Virus record (IMG/VR): IMGVR_UViG_3300031547_000001
Length of the DNA: 64,000 nt
Origin: an uncultured virus (IMG/VR IMGVR_UViG_3300031547_000001)
Lineage: Duplodnaviria; Heunggongvirae; Uroviricota; Caudoviricetes
Direction: 5' to 3' (one strand)
Of this stretch, positions 9,240-19,300 are shown one piece after another. A model generated the notes under the pieces. The model did not search any database. It was not told the DNA's origin and saw only the letters and a list, made by a program, of their open reading frames with translations. A program made the position numbers and the translations under genes. The number at the start of each line of letters is the position of its first letter. Position 1 is the first letter of the stretch.

Positions 9240-11054
9240 CTACCGGTTGATGAACGCGGCCTTGAGATGGGTCGACATCTGCGGCAGGCTCCGCTGCATC
9301 ACCTTCTGGAACCGGCCGTCACAGACCACCACGATGCCATAGTCCCTCGGAGTGCGGAGCAGACGGCCGATGCCCTGGACCAGCCGGGTGTGCATGCACT
9401 CCATGGAGTAGCCGATCTGCTGCTCCTTGGTCCGCCCGCCTATGGCCTTGTGCAGGAGGCTCGGCACCTCGTAGGGGAGCTTCCAGATGGCGACGAGGGA
9501 CAGGGCCTCACCCTGGACGTCCACGCCCTTCCAGAAGCTCTCGACGCCGATGAGGATGGCGTTCCCGTTCTCCTTGAACTGCTTGATGAGGTACGGGTTC
9601 CCGGCCGTGTTGCCCGGCTCCTGGACCAGCACGAGGCGCCCCGGGAACGAGCGACGAGCCAGGGTGCCGAGCCGCTCAGCGTCGGCGTTCGAGGTCGCCA
9701 GGATCAGCGCACCACCGGGCGTCGACTTGAGCAGCCCCTCCAGGTCGGCCCAGCGCTCCTGCCACCAGCCCTTGGACTGCCAGTCGCTCGGGTCGTAGTG
9801 CGACGGGAAGATGTAGCCCTTGCAGTCGTTCCGCCAGTCGAACATCTGCGGGATGAACTGCGGGGTCACGCCGCTGAAGCCGGTCCGCCGGGGGAGCGAT
9901 CCAGGGACGGTGGCGGACACCATCTTGGGCGCCCATCCACGGCACGTACTGGCCACGGTAGGACCAGCGTTGACGACGTCCCAGTGAATGCCGTCCTTGT
10001 CGATCCAGGTGAGCGCGTAGTTCTTCTCGTGCTCGTCCGCCTCGGAGACCGAGAATGCGTCCATGCGCCGAGCCACGAACTGCACCGGCGTCTCGTGGTC
10101 GTCGTAGTCGCTGGGGTCCTCCTGCTCATCCTTCATCTGCTCGTTGAGCGACTTGAACAGTTGGTACAGGAGCTGTCGCTCGTCGTCCCGTAGCACGCGG
10201 TCCTGGAACTTCTTCGACGGGCTCGGGGCGTCCTCGGTCCGACCGGCCTCGGTCTCCTCGCGGATGTACTGCATCATGATGGCGTCAAGGCCATCCAGCA
10301 TCTGCTCCTTGAGGTCCTTGGGCAGGCCGTTGCCGGACTTCTTGTTGAGGGCCCAGCCGAGGGCGGACCGGACGGTTGCCGGCAGGAGCTGCGCCTCGTC
10401 CACGTACGACTGTCCGAACGGGATCAGGTGCACCGATCCGTCCGTCTGGTCGTACAGGTCCGAGTTGATCAGCCACAGCGAGGTGTTGGTCAGGACGACG
10501 TCCGCCTCGTGCGAGAGGAACCGGGCACGCTTGGCCCAGCAGATGCCCGCGTCGTGGTCGCAGTCGTCCCGCTGGCACAGGTCCGAGCCGACGCAGGAGA
10601 CGCAACGTCCGCCGCCGTTGCAGTAGTTGATCTCCTCGGTGGGCTTGGCGTACTCGGGGCCACGGAACTTGGGAGCGCTCAGTGCACGCTCCAGCATGGC
10701 CTGGTACTCCTCGTTGTCCTCGTTGTTGGCGGAGGCGCAGGCGTAGTGGCGACGCCCCTTGACGACTGCATAGGTGAAGTCGTTTCCGTCCTGCATGCGG
10801 GGCAGGTCCTTGCGGGCGTACTGGTCGAGCAGGGTGTTGTCGGCGGCGATGATGACCGAGACGTCGCCCGTGATCATGGCCGTGGCGACGGCGTGAGCGA
10901 TCACCGCGAACGACTTGCCGACGCCGGTGGGCGCCTGGACGTAACGGGGCTGCTTGCCCGACAGCATCTTCAGCAGATCGATCTGAGCCGGACGCGGCTT
11001 GATGCCTGCATTCTCCATGATCTCGATCGCGTCAGCGACCGTGGTCTCATTCAT
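9240..11054 (-). CDS. DinG-family SF2 helicase
   Basis: QAPTGVGKS Walker A, VKGRRHYAC, VDEAQ, SAT, FWKGVDVQG, KLPY, QGIGRLLR, Cys cluster; start taken at the ATG after an RBS. Confidence 0.85.
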   Translation of the reverse strand: MNETTVADAIEIMENAGIKPRPAQIDLLKMLSGKQPRYVQAPTGVGKSFAVIAHAVATAMITGDVSVIIAADNTLLDQYARKDLPRMQDGNDFTYAVVKGRRHYACASANNEDNEEYQAMLERALSAPKFRGPEYAKPTEEINYCNGGGRCVSCVGSDLCQRDDCDHDAGICWAKRARFLSHEADVVLTNTSLWLINSDLYDQTDGSVHLIPFGQSYVDEAQLLPATVRSALGWALNKKSGNGLPKDLKEQMLDGLDAIMMQYIREETEAGRTEDAPSPSKKFQDRVLRDDERQLLYQLFKSLNEQMKDEQEDPSDYDDHETPVQFVARRMDAFSVSEADEHEKNYALTWIDKDGIHWDVVNAGPTVASTCRGWAPKMVSATVPGSLPRRTGFSGVTPQFIPQMFDWRNDCKGYIFPSHYDPSDWQSKGWWQERWADLEGLLKSTPGGALILATSNADAERLGTLARRSFPGRLVLVQEPGNTAGNPYLIKQFKENGNAILIGVESFWKGVDVQGEALSLVAIWKLPYEVPSLLHKAIGGRTKEQQIGYSMECMHTRLVQGIGRLLRTPRDYGIVVVCDGRFQKVMQRSLPQMSTHLKAAFINR

Positions 11055-11165
11055 TTGGATCCCTTGTCGGAGTGCCTGCTGCATATCCATTGGCGGATAT
11101 CCAGATTGACCTTACCCATCATACCCCGGACGGGGCGGATTCGGCAAACCCGCCCCGTCCGTAAG

Positions 11166-11771
11166 CTACTTGCTATTCCTCAGGATCTCGACCCGCTGCT
11201 TGCGGAGCCACAGGATCGCGTGTCGCGTCGCATCCCTCGCGTGGTCCGGACCCGGAGTGTACATGCACATCGACTGGAGCCTGGTGTCGTTCACGACGTT
11301 CTTCGCGTCGTTGGCCGACTGCCACGAGGGCTCGATCTTCCGCCGCTGTCCGGTTGCATCCTTGAACCCGCGCCACAACTGGTAATCAATCTTGTGGCCG
11401 ATGCGAACCGGCGACAGGAGCTCGCGCCCCTTGATCGCCGATCGGAGGATGAAGTCCTCGATGACGACGTCGGACTCCTCGATGGAGCGCTCCGAGATCC
11501 AGCGCATCACCTGGAGCGTCTGCTCGTTCTCCGAGCCGTTCAGGCACTCGGCCTGCCAGCCCATGAGGCAGTGCTGGAGCGGAAGGTTCGCCGCTGCCAG
11601 CCCCTCCGGCCAGTACCAGATGGTACAGATGCCGGTCGATCCGCCGGGGTCCACGGCCGTGATCGTAGCGAACGCGGTGATGTCCTCGTCCTCCTCGATC
11701 CTCAGCTGCTGGATCCCGTTGGACGTTCCTCTCGAAGGCTCCACCTCCGAGAGGCTCCAGTTCATGCTCAC
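11166..11771 (-). CDS. RuvC-like Holliday junction resolvase
   Basis: AVDPGGSTG, VVIEDF and HARDATRHA motifs. Confidence 0.75.
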   Translation of the reverse strand: MSMNWSLSEVEPSRGTSNGIQQLRIEEDEDITAFATITAVDPGGSTGICTIWYWPEGLAAANLPLQHCLMGWQAECLNGSENEQTLQVMRWISERSIEESDVVIEDFILRSAIKGRELLSPVRIGHKIDYQLWRGFKDATGQRRKIEPSWQSANDAKNVVNDTRLQSMCMYTPGPDHARDATRHAILWLRKQRVEILRNSK

Positions 11772-12028
11772 AGGCCGCCCCTCCACCCATCGACCCAAGC
11801 GATGTACTTGAACTCGAACTCTCGACTCTTTACCTTGCCCGACTTGTCCCGCCGGACGATCTCGGCAGCATGTCCAGTGCCGCCAAGCATCATGGCGATG
11901 GTCTTCAGGTCGCAGGCCAGGTGCCTCCACTCGCCCTCCTGAAAGTCCTTGCCCTCCTCCATCATCCAAGGGCCACCGTCCCAGATCTGTTCGGGCTCGC
12001 TGCTCGCCACGTGCAGTCCCTTCGCCAT
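11768..12028 (-). CDS. hypothetical protein
   Basis: Coupled ORF in the operon (TGATG overlap). Confidence 0.6.
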   Translation of the reverse strand: MAKGLHVASSEPEQIWDGGPWMMEEGKDFQEGEWRHLACDLKTIAMMLGGTGHAAEIVRRDKSGKVKSREFEFKYIAWVDGWRGGL

Positions 12029-12243
12029 CAGAGGTTCTTCATGAGGGCTCGCCACATCTTCACCTCGGCGATGGACGCCGGGCGGGTGAGGCCCTCTCGC
12101 GGACCGTTGTGCTCCGTGTCGCCCGCCGCGAACGTCACGTTCGCCAGGGAGCCGCCGGTTGCCCCGCGTCCGCCTCCGCCCTTGCGGATGACGAAGCCGA
12201 GCTCGACCCCCAGCTGCTTCTCACGGTCGTTGATCCACTGCAT
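12028..12243 (-). CDS. hypothetical protein
   Basis: RBS AGGAG; coupled ORF. Confidence 0.6.
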   Translation of the reverse strand: MQWINDREKQLGVELGFVIRKGGGGRGATGGSLANVTFAAGDTEHNGPREGLTRPASIAEVKMWRALMKNL

Positions 12244-12256
12244 GCCTTGCTCCTTG

Positions 12257-12505
12257 CTAATTACAGTCGTTGACGCCTAGGCCGGATACGCCATCCCAGT
12301 CGTCGCCCTTGTCCTGGTTGCACTGCTCGCACAGCAACTGCAAGTTACCGATGGCTCGTTGGTGGCCCCCTTTGGAGATAGGCCGTATGTGGTCGAGGGT
12401 AAGTAACCTGATCCCGAACACGCCCCGGCATCTCTGGCAGAAGGGGCCGGTCCTGGCGAACAGGATCTTCTTCTTGCGGGCCAGCCCCTTCCGTATTCGT
12501 TTCAC
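12257..12505 (-). CDS. HNH endonuclease
   Basis: CQRC...LDHIRPISKGG...NLQLLCEQCNQDK. Confidence 0.9.
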   Translation of the reverse strand: MKRIRKGLARKKKILFARTGPFCQRCRGVFGIRLLTLDHIRPISKGGHQRAIGNLQLLCEQCNQDKGDDWDGVSGLGVNDCN

Positions 12506-12510
12506 TGGAG

Positions 12511-12708
12511 CTAGCCCTCTTCCGATCCGGTCCAGACGATCCTGGATCCGCTAGAGAGCCTGCACCAGTTGATGAACTCGGAGACCGCCTTCTCGTCCTG
12601 AAACCTCGCGATCGCGCTCATGACGGAGCCCCTCTGGATGTAGAGGTACTTCCCGGTACGACCCGGTGCTCCGCTGATCACGAGGTCTCCCATCGGATCT
12701 TCAGCCAT
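12511..12708 (-). CDS. hypothetical protein
   Basis: ORF MAEDPMG... with RBS GAGGA. Confidence 0.55.
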   Translation of the reverse strand: MAEDPMGDLVISGAPGRTGKYLYIQRGSVMSAIARFQDEKAVSEFINWCRLSSGSRIVWTGSEEG

Positions 12709-12889
12709 CGTCCTCGTCCTTGTGCTCCGCGTGCTCCCAGCCGCCCTCGCCATCGGACCGGGCGCCTTCGCCCTTCTCGATGTCGTTGCCGCAGTAGCTG
12801 CAGATGGACTCGTACTGCGCCGTGAACTCGGGGCCCTTGATCGGCCCGTCTCCGCCTCCGACGCCGAACGACATTACCGGCGCCATCAC
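12701..12889 (-). CDS. hypothetical Zn-ribbon-like protein
   Basis: A.YESICSYCG.DIEKGE...W.H motif. Confidence 0.55.
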   Translation of the reverse strand: MMAPVMSFGVGGGDGPIKGPEFTAQYESICSYCGNDIEKGEGARSDGEGGWEHAEHKDEDDG

Positions 12890-12990
12890 TTGCCCTTCTT
12901 GCTCACGGCCACGAGGAGGATCACGGCGACGACGGCTCCGAACACGATGCCCTGCCCGTAGTCGTTCGCCTGGTTCTCCGTGGCCAGCAT
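12886..12990 (-). CDS. small membrane protein
   Basis: MLATENQANDYGQGIVFGAVAVILLVAVSKKGK*, coupled to genes on both sides. Confidence 0.5.
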   Translation of the reverse strand: MLATENQANDYGQGIVFGAVVAVILLVAVSKKGK

Positions 12991-13178
12991 CAGCAGTCCC
13001 ACTTGATTCCCAATCGGTTGCAGATGGATATGGTTATCGCCCTTGCCGAGGAGTAGTGCGGCTTGGGCCTGAAGTTGTCCGGGCTCGGGACCCAGTTCTC
13101 TTCGAGAACAGCCTCTACATATTCGAGGATCTCTGCGAAGGAACCGGGTCCCGAGTCGTCCAGCCGGAGCTGCGTCAC
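12990..13178 (-). CDS. hypothetical protein
   Basis: GTGA-coupled ORF. Confidence 0.5.
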   Translation of the reverse strand: MTQLRLDDSGPGSFAEILEYVEAVLEENWVPSPDNFRPKPHYSSARAITISICNRLGIKWDC

Positions 13179-13546
13179 TTCAGTCCGGGCCGCTTACCCC
13201 AGCGAGCCTCGCGGATGCGGGCGCACTGCTCGGGCGTTCTCTTGCCGGAGGCGTTCGAGTTTCCGATCATCCGCTCCGCCACGTCCGGACGAGGCTTCCC
13301 CCTTTGGGCTTCGGACGACTTCTTCTCGAGCTCGTCGTATGCCCTGTGGCAGGGGATGCACATCGGCCTGTAGCTCTCGACCTCGTCAGGATCAGAGTCG
13401 TGCGTGTAAGCCCACTGTTGAGCCTGGCTTCCGCACTCCTTGACGCACAGATGCTCCGCTGCACGCCCCCTGACCTTGACGACGTTCTTGTGACGCCTCA
13501 GGTATCCGCCGTCCTTGTGCTCCTCCAGCGGCTTGGGCTTAGCCAT
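13175..13546 (-). CDS. HNH-like endonuclease with NUMOD3-type tail
   Basis: C..EC...QWAYTH...YRPMCIPCHRAYD; K.R..EQCARIREA DNA-binding repeat. Confidence 0.6.
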   Translation of the reverse strand: MAKPKPLEEHKDGGYLRRHKNVVKVRGRAAEHLCVKECGSQAQQWAYTHDSDPDEVESYRPMCIPCHRAYDELEKKSSEAQRGKPRPDVAERMIGNSNASGKRTPEQCARIREARWGKRPGLK

Positions 13547-14645
13547 TCTTGCTCTCCGGCCTGCGCCCGATGGTGTGGAAGATGGGGCGAAACGTCCGCT
13601 GCTCGTCCTTGGCCCAGGGCTTGTCGCACTGCCCCTCGGGGCTCTCCCAGCCCTGGAAGGTGCACTTGGCACCGGTCCGCCCCTGGCCGCCGCAGAGCCC
13701 ACAGGCACGCCCGCCGACGCCCATCTCGTAGCGCATGGCTCCGTCCGGCTCCTTCTCGATGAAGCCCGCTCCCTTGCACTCGGGGCACTCGGAGCCGGTC
13801 TTCTCGCACGAGATCTTGACGTACGGCTCCAGCCACGGGCTCTGCTCCAGGAGGGCGACGCGCATCTTGCGCATCACGTCCACCATCTCCCACATGAACA
13901 TCGAGCAGCCCCGGTAGGCGAAGACGTTGATGAACTCGCGTACGGTGTAGGTGCACTGGATGAAGTTCACCGTGGACTCCGGCAGAGCGAACCGGGCGTC
14001 CTGGTACGAGATGTCCTCGTCACAGGCGACCTGGTACGCGTTCCAGGCGGCGTGGACGGCGGCCTCGTACGCCTTCTTGGCCCGCTCGTTCCTGGCGATG
14101 CTGAGCGGCATGCGGACGTTGGGGCGGTCCCCGTAGAACGTCGCCCGCTGGCTCTGCTGGTGGAAGGCCGCGTTGCGCGAGCGGACGAGCTGGTGCGTCA
14201 GGGCACGGCTCGCTCCGAACACCTGGAAGACGATGGACTGCGTCTCAAGCGCGGACTGCAGTCCGCCTCGCATCATCTCCTCCCAGTCCCGGTTGTCGTC
14301 GCCGCCGTCCGGCTCCAGGCCGACCGTGGCCCGCGTGGCGGACGACAGGACCGCCTTGAACATCTCCTGGTCGACACCCTGGACGAGCTTGACCTCCAGA
14401 CCGGCGGTGCCCACGAGGATCTCGCCCTCGTCGTACGGACTGGTGTGCTCGCCGTCGTTGACCGAGTGCTTGTTGAAGGCGACGTCGGTCAGAGTCGGGT
14501 TGTCGATGTCGTCCGGGTTGACGGACCAGTGCGTCTGGAACGCGCCGTAGGGGTTGTACAGCGCCTCCTCGCGGTGGCCACGGAGCCACTCCGGCTCGGA
14601 GGGAACCGGCTGGGAGCTGTTACGGGTGTACTCGATGCTGCTCAC
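13539..14645 (-). CDS. thyX: flavin-dependent thymidylate synthase ThyX (variant signature)
   Basis: SALE..SIVF...GASRALTHQLVRSR..FHQQSQR and QDARFALP motifs. Confidence 0.8.
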   Translation of the reverse strand: MSSIEYTRNSSQPVPSEPEWLRGHREEALYNPYGAFQTHWSVNPDDIDNPTLTDVAFNKHSVNDGEHTSPYDEGEILVGTAGLEVKLVQGVDQEMFKAVLSSATRATVGLEPDGGDDNRDWEEMMRGGLQSALETQSIVFQVFGASRALTHQLVRSRNAAFHQQSQRATFYGDRPNVRMPLSIARNERAKKAYEAAVHAAWNAYQVACDEDISYQDARFALPESTVNFIQCTYTVREFINVFAYRGCSMFMWEMVDVMRKMRVALLEQSPWLEPYVKISCEKTGSECPECKGAGFIEKEPDGAMRYEMGVGGRACGLCGGQGRTGAKCTFQGWESPEGQCDKPWAKDEQRTFRPIFHTIGRRPESKNG

Positions 14646-14992
14646 TTGTCGTTCTCCTTCTCGCCCTTGGCGAGCTTGTGGTTGATGAAGGCGGGGTAGT
14701 CGGCGATCTCGCGGTCGCCGTTGGCCAGGTCTCGGAAGCCCTGTCCGGCCCACCACTTGATCCGGATCGTGCTCGGGACCTCGACGCGCTCGCCGGTCTG
14801 CGGGTTGCGGGCGAACCGAGGGGCGACCCACTCGGTCTCCAGGGTGCCGAAGCCGGTCCAGTTGATCTTCTCGCCGTTGATGACCGTGCGGATCATCAGG
14901 TCGAGGACCGAGTCCAGCGCCTTGCGGGCGTCGTCCGTGTTGCCGCCGTACCGGGTCTTGGCCAGCAGCTCAATGGCCTGGGTCTTGTTCAT
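14642..14992 (-). CDS. HU/IHF-family histone-like DNA-binding protein
   Basis: MNKTQAIELLA, GFGTLE and ARNPQTGE.VEVP motifs. Confidence 0.9.
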   Translation of the reverse strand: MNKTQAIELLAKTRYGGNTDDARKALDSVLDLMIRTVINGEKINWTGFGTLETEWVAPRFARNPQTGERVEVPSTIRIKWWAGQGFRDLANGDREIADYPAFINHKLAKGEKENDK

Positions 14993-15345
14993 CAGAACTC
15001 GCCTCTCTGCTTCTGTGCGATCAGGTCTTCCATCCAAGCGAGGCCCACAGCGGTGTACTGCGTGACCTCTTCCAGGATCTTGGCCTTGTCGGTCTCGGCC
15101 ATCGCCTCGAAGAACTCCTCGGCCGCGATGGTGGCCCAGTCGTCATTCTCCAAGGCGTTCTTGATGTCGCAGACGGTCTTCCACTGCTGGGCGATCGTCC
15201 CCGCGACCTTGGTGCCGGTTCCGTCGGGGTGCCTCTGCACTCCCCACTTCTGCACCTGACGCTCACGCTCCACTCGAAGCATGATCATCGCCATGTTGTG
15301 GGCGCGGTCTCCGGCGAGCTCTCCGCCGGGGTTGTTGCTGTTCAT
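14992..15345 (-). CDS. MazG-like nucleotide pyrophosphohydrolase (putative)
   Basis: ERERQ..KWG...W..I..EE..EA...EE..Q..AV...W pattern. Confidence 0.6.
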   Translation of the reverse strand: MNSNNPGGELAGDRAHNMAMIMLRVERERQVQKWGVQRHPDGTGTKVAGTIAQQWKTVCDIKNALENDDWATIAAEEFFEAMAETDKAKILEEVTQYTAVGLAWMEDLIAQKQRGEF

Positions 15346-15375
15346 CGTTTCCTCTCGGAAGCCGTAGGCGCTCGC

Positions 15376-16023
15376 CTAAGGCGTCGGGGCGACGGGGTCG
15401 GTCCCCGTGCCCAGCTTGACCTTCAAAGTCCCGTACGCGGTCGTACGGGCCGGTCCCTGGGGGTCGTACTCGGCGATCGTCCGGGCGACGGCGTTCGGAC
15501 CGGCGAACGGGAGCGGGATCTCCTGGGTCTCCTCGTTGTCGGAGCCGGGCTCCGGCTTGACGCGGACCGTCTGCACCGGCGGCTTCGGGAAGGGCAGGTG
15601 CAGATTGAACACGCCCTCCTCTGTGGTCTTGGTGGCCGAGGTGATCCGTCCTTCCGAGGTGTCGGCCGTGACGACGACCGTTCCGCCGGACGCCTTGCGG
15701 ATCATCTCCTTCTCCGCGTCCGTCCACTGGACGTTCGGCTCGGTCCGTTCGGCCGGTGCCTCCGCCTGCATCGTGGCCACGGTCGGAACCTCCCAGCCGA
15801 TCTGAGCGGCGATGATCGTCTCCAGGTCACCCGGCTGGACGAACTGCTTGTGCCCGTGCTGGTTGGTGAACTCGATCACGTAGTCCTTCATGGCCAGCTG
15901 GTACTTGAGCTCCTGCTCGAAGTCGAAGAGCTCCTGCCCCTCGTTGACGAGCTTGACCTCGGAGCGGTACGTCCGTCCCAACTTCGTGACGTACAGGGCC
16001 TGCACGTGGATCAGGCGATTCAT
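15376..16023 (-). CDS. hypothetical protein
   Basis: RBS AGGGAAG; GC3-biased codons. Confidence 0.7.
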   Translation of the reverse strand: MNRLIHVQALYVTKLGRTYRSEVKLVNEGQELFDFEQELKYQLAMKDYVIEFTNQHGHKQFVQPGDLETIIAAQIGWEVPTVATMQAEAPAERTEPNVQWTDAEKEMIRKASGGTVVVTADTSEGRITSATKTTEEGVFNLHLPFPKPPVQTVRVKPEPGSDNEETQEIPLPFAGPNAVARTIAEYDPQGPARTTAYGTLKVKLGTGTDPVAPTP

Positions 16024-16154
16024 TTGGCTTCCCTCTTGGTCTTGTTGATCTGGATGAGATGCTTGACTACTACCTTCTGGAACTTGACGGCTGCCGACCT
16101 CTGTGCGAAGGACGATTTCCGATACAGCTGCACACGACGCATTGTGTCGGTCAC
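16020..16154 (-). CDS. small basic hypothetical protein
   Basis: GTG after GGAG; ATGA overlap with the next gene. Confidence 0.45.
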   Translation of the reverse strand: MTDTMRRVQLYRKSSFAQRSAAVKFQKVVVKHLIQINKTKREAK

Positions 16155-16306
16155 GGTTTCTCCATAATCACGACAGGAACGACTATACCTCGAGATTCGA
16201 GATAAGGCAACACCAGGCTGGACATGATGGCCGAGCCCCCGAGTGCGGACCCAACGATCATGAGATTGTTGAGAGTTGTTCGCAGGATCCGCACTCGGAG
16301 GCGCAT
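16151..16306 (-). CDS. small membrane protein
   Basis: MRLRVRILRTTLNNLMIVGSALGGSAIMSSLVLPY... with RBS GAGG. Confidence 0.45.
   Translation of the reverse strand: MRLRVRILRTTLNNLMIVGSALGGSAIMSSLVLPYLESRGIVVPVVIMEKP
16182..16210 (-). promoter_or_regulatory. sigma70/HrdB-like promoter
   Basis: TTGCCT-17 bp-TATAGT on the minus strand. Confidence 0.6.
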
Positions 16307-16313
16307 GGTTACC

Positions 16314-19300
16314 TCAGTCCGGGTCGATGACCCACATCTGGTTGCAGTGGACAGTCTTGCCGTAGAACGCCTTCTTCTCGACCCGCATGATCACGAAGTC
16401 GTGGCCCAGCGCAATGTCCCACAGAGCCGCCTTCAGCTTGGGGTACATCCACCGGTTCACCTTGACCGTCATGAGGCCGGACTTGTCCTCCATGTACAGC
16501 GTCATGCTGTCCTTGAGGTGCGGGTCCTTGACGGTCTTCGGGTCCAGCTCGTCGCCGGTCCGAGACCTGTGGTTCTCGTACAGGTCCTGGAGGTTGCGGG
16601 CTCGGACCGTCCCCATCACGACGTGCGAGCTCTTCTTGGCGTCATAGGGGATGTTGTCGGCCAGCGTGTCGGGGAGCGGTATGCGTCCCAGCTTGCCCGA
16701 CTTGATCTCCGCCTCGATGGTGGCCGCGCCGTCCTTGAGCTTGTCCAGCTCGAAGGGGTCGTTCTTGGTGCAGAACTCCATGATCATTTCCATCTTGGCC
16801 GGGCCGATGCCACGGACCTTGATCAGGTCCTCCCAGGCAGTGAACCCTCCGATCTCCTCGCGCTGCTCGACGATGGCCTCGGCGTACTTCTCACCGATGC
16901 CCTTGATCTGGAGGAACCCGGCCTGTACGCCGTCCCTCTGCGGGGCGATCTCCCACGTCTCGGACGAACCCACCAGCTGAGGCGGGTACACCTTGTAGGA
17001 GCGCCCGTAGCGGTCGTCCGACATGTCTCGCATCAGCTGCACGTCGTTCATCTTCTTCGGGTCCGGCTTGGTCTTCCGGAGCTGGGCCGCGTAGAAGGCG
17101 AGCGGGTGGTGCTGCTTGAGCCACTGGCACCAGAAGGCCAGCATGGAGTAGGACACGCAGTGCGCCATGTTGAACGCGTAGGTGCCCGACGTGACGAGCT
17201 TCTTCCAGATCTTGTCGGCCAGCTCGTCCGAGATGTCCTGGGATCGGGAGCCCTCCAGGAACGTCTGGTACAGCTTGTTGAAGGCGGCCTCGCCCTTCTT
17301 CTGCGAGATCACCTTCCGGATCTCGGACGCGTGCACCCAGGGGAACTTGCCGACGTTGCGGCACAGCGCGAGGATCTGCTCCTGATAGATGATCTGGTAT
17401 TGGCTGTAGTGCGTCAGCTCGTCAACGAGCGGATGGAGATGTTCCACCTTCTGACGACCGTGCTTGACGGCGATGTAGTCACCAGTCGAACCACTGTGAA
17501 GCGGACCGGGCCGAGAGAGCGCGTTGATGTCACAGAGTTCGAGGAAGGTCGTCGGGGCAACCTCCTGGCAGACCATTCGAGTTGTACGGCCTTCGAACTG
17601 GAAGATACCCACAACGTCTGCCCGCCGAAAAGCGTCAAGAGTCTTCTCGTCCTCCATTGAGATAGCATACAAGTCCTCCAGGGACATTCCGATAAGCTCA
17701 AGGGCAATTCGAATCATGCCCATCGTTTGCAGTCCGAGAGCGTCCAGCTTCAGCAGACCCAGGTACTCGCCGTCGTACTTGTCGACCGAGAGAACCTGGA
17801 GGGTCTTCTTCTCCTTGCCGACGTTGTCCCGGGCGTACGTGGCCACGTACTCGTGCAGCGGCTTCGCTCCCACAACCACACCGGCGGCGTGGACTCCGAA
17901 GCCCTTCAGATTCCCTTCGAGCTGGATCGCTCGGTTGAGTATCGGGTACCGATCGAAGACATCCTGCGCCTGAGGGAACTGAGCGATCGTGTCTTCCAGC
18001 GACGCATCGAACCGGCTGTCACCGCCGGAACGCTCGACGAGAACCTCCTTGACCTTGTCGGCCTCGAACTTGGGGATCTCATACACACGCGCCACATCGT
18101 CGATCGAGTTCTTGCCACGGTACCGGGTGTATGTACCGATGTTGCCTACGCGGTCTGCACCGTACCGCTTGATCATGTGCTGTCGGACGTAGTCCCGCTG
18201 GTCGTCGTCGAAGTCGAGGTCGACGTCGGGGAGGTCGTGCCGGTTCGGGTCGATGAACCGCTCGAACATCATCTGCGGGTACAGCATCGGGTCGATCTCC
18301 GTGATGCGGAGAAGGTAGCAGACCAGCGATGCAGCTGCGGAGCCTCGGGCCGGTCCCACGGGGATACCGGCGTCCTTGGTGGCTCGAACCGCATCGGACA
18401 GCATGAGGAAGTAGTCGACGAAGTCCTTGCTCACGATCAGGCCGAGCTCGTACTCGACCCGCTCAACATATGCCCGCTGCTTGTCCTTGGGCATCTTGTT
18501 GAACTTGCGATACTTCCAGCCGTCGTTGAGCCAGACGCGGATCATGTCGACGTTGGACATCCCCTCCTTGAACGAGGACTCCACCTCAAGCGGGTAGCGC
18601 ACCCGGTCCATCGTCGGGAGCGTGACGTTGCAGCGGTCGAAGATCTCGCTGGTCGAGTCGATCGCCTGCTGCGCTCCGGACGCGCTCAGCCCCGTGCCAC
18701 GGAGCCTGTCGAAGATGAACTTGTCCGAGGTCGGCAGCGTGAGGCGGATGTCGTACTCCCAACCAGCCTCTGCCGCTGCCACCGTGCCCGTGTTACGACC
18801 GGCGGCGTGCAGGATCTTCTGCATCTCGTTGTCGTCAGGGAACGGATAGTGGCAGTCGGACGTGGCGGCGAGCTTGAGCCCTGTCCGCTTGGCCTCCTGC
18901 TCCAGCCACGTGTTGATCTCGCCGGAGCGCTTCAGCTCGGGAAACTGCTGGGTCTCCAGGTAGTACCGGTCACCGAAGATCCGCTGGAAGCGCTGCATGA
19001 CCTTGCGAGCCGCACGCTCGTCCCCGCGCTCGATCCACTTCCCTCCCAGCAGAGTTGAGGACAGCATCGAGTCCGCGCACCCCGACAGGCAGATGAGTCC
19101 CTCGTGGTGATCCAGGAGCATCTGCCCCGTGACGGTCGGCCACCTGTAGTAGCCCTCGGCCCAGGACCGCGTCACGATCTGGTTCAGGTTGTGCAGGCCG
19201 GTCTCATCCATCGCCAGGAGCGTGAGGTGCATCTTCCGGGACATTCCGGTCCTGGTGTTGCCCTTGGCATCCTTGTACTGCATCGTCCGCATGTCGGCCG

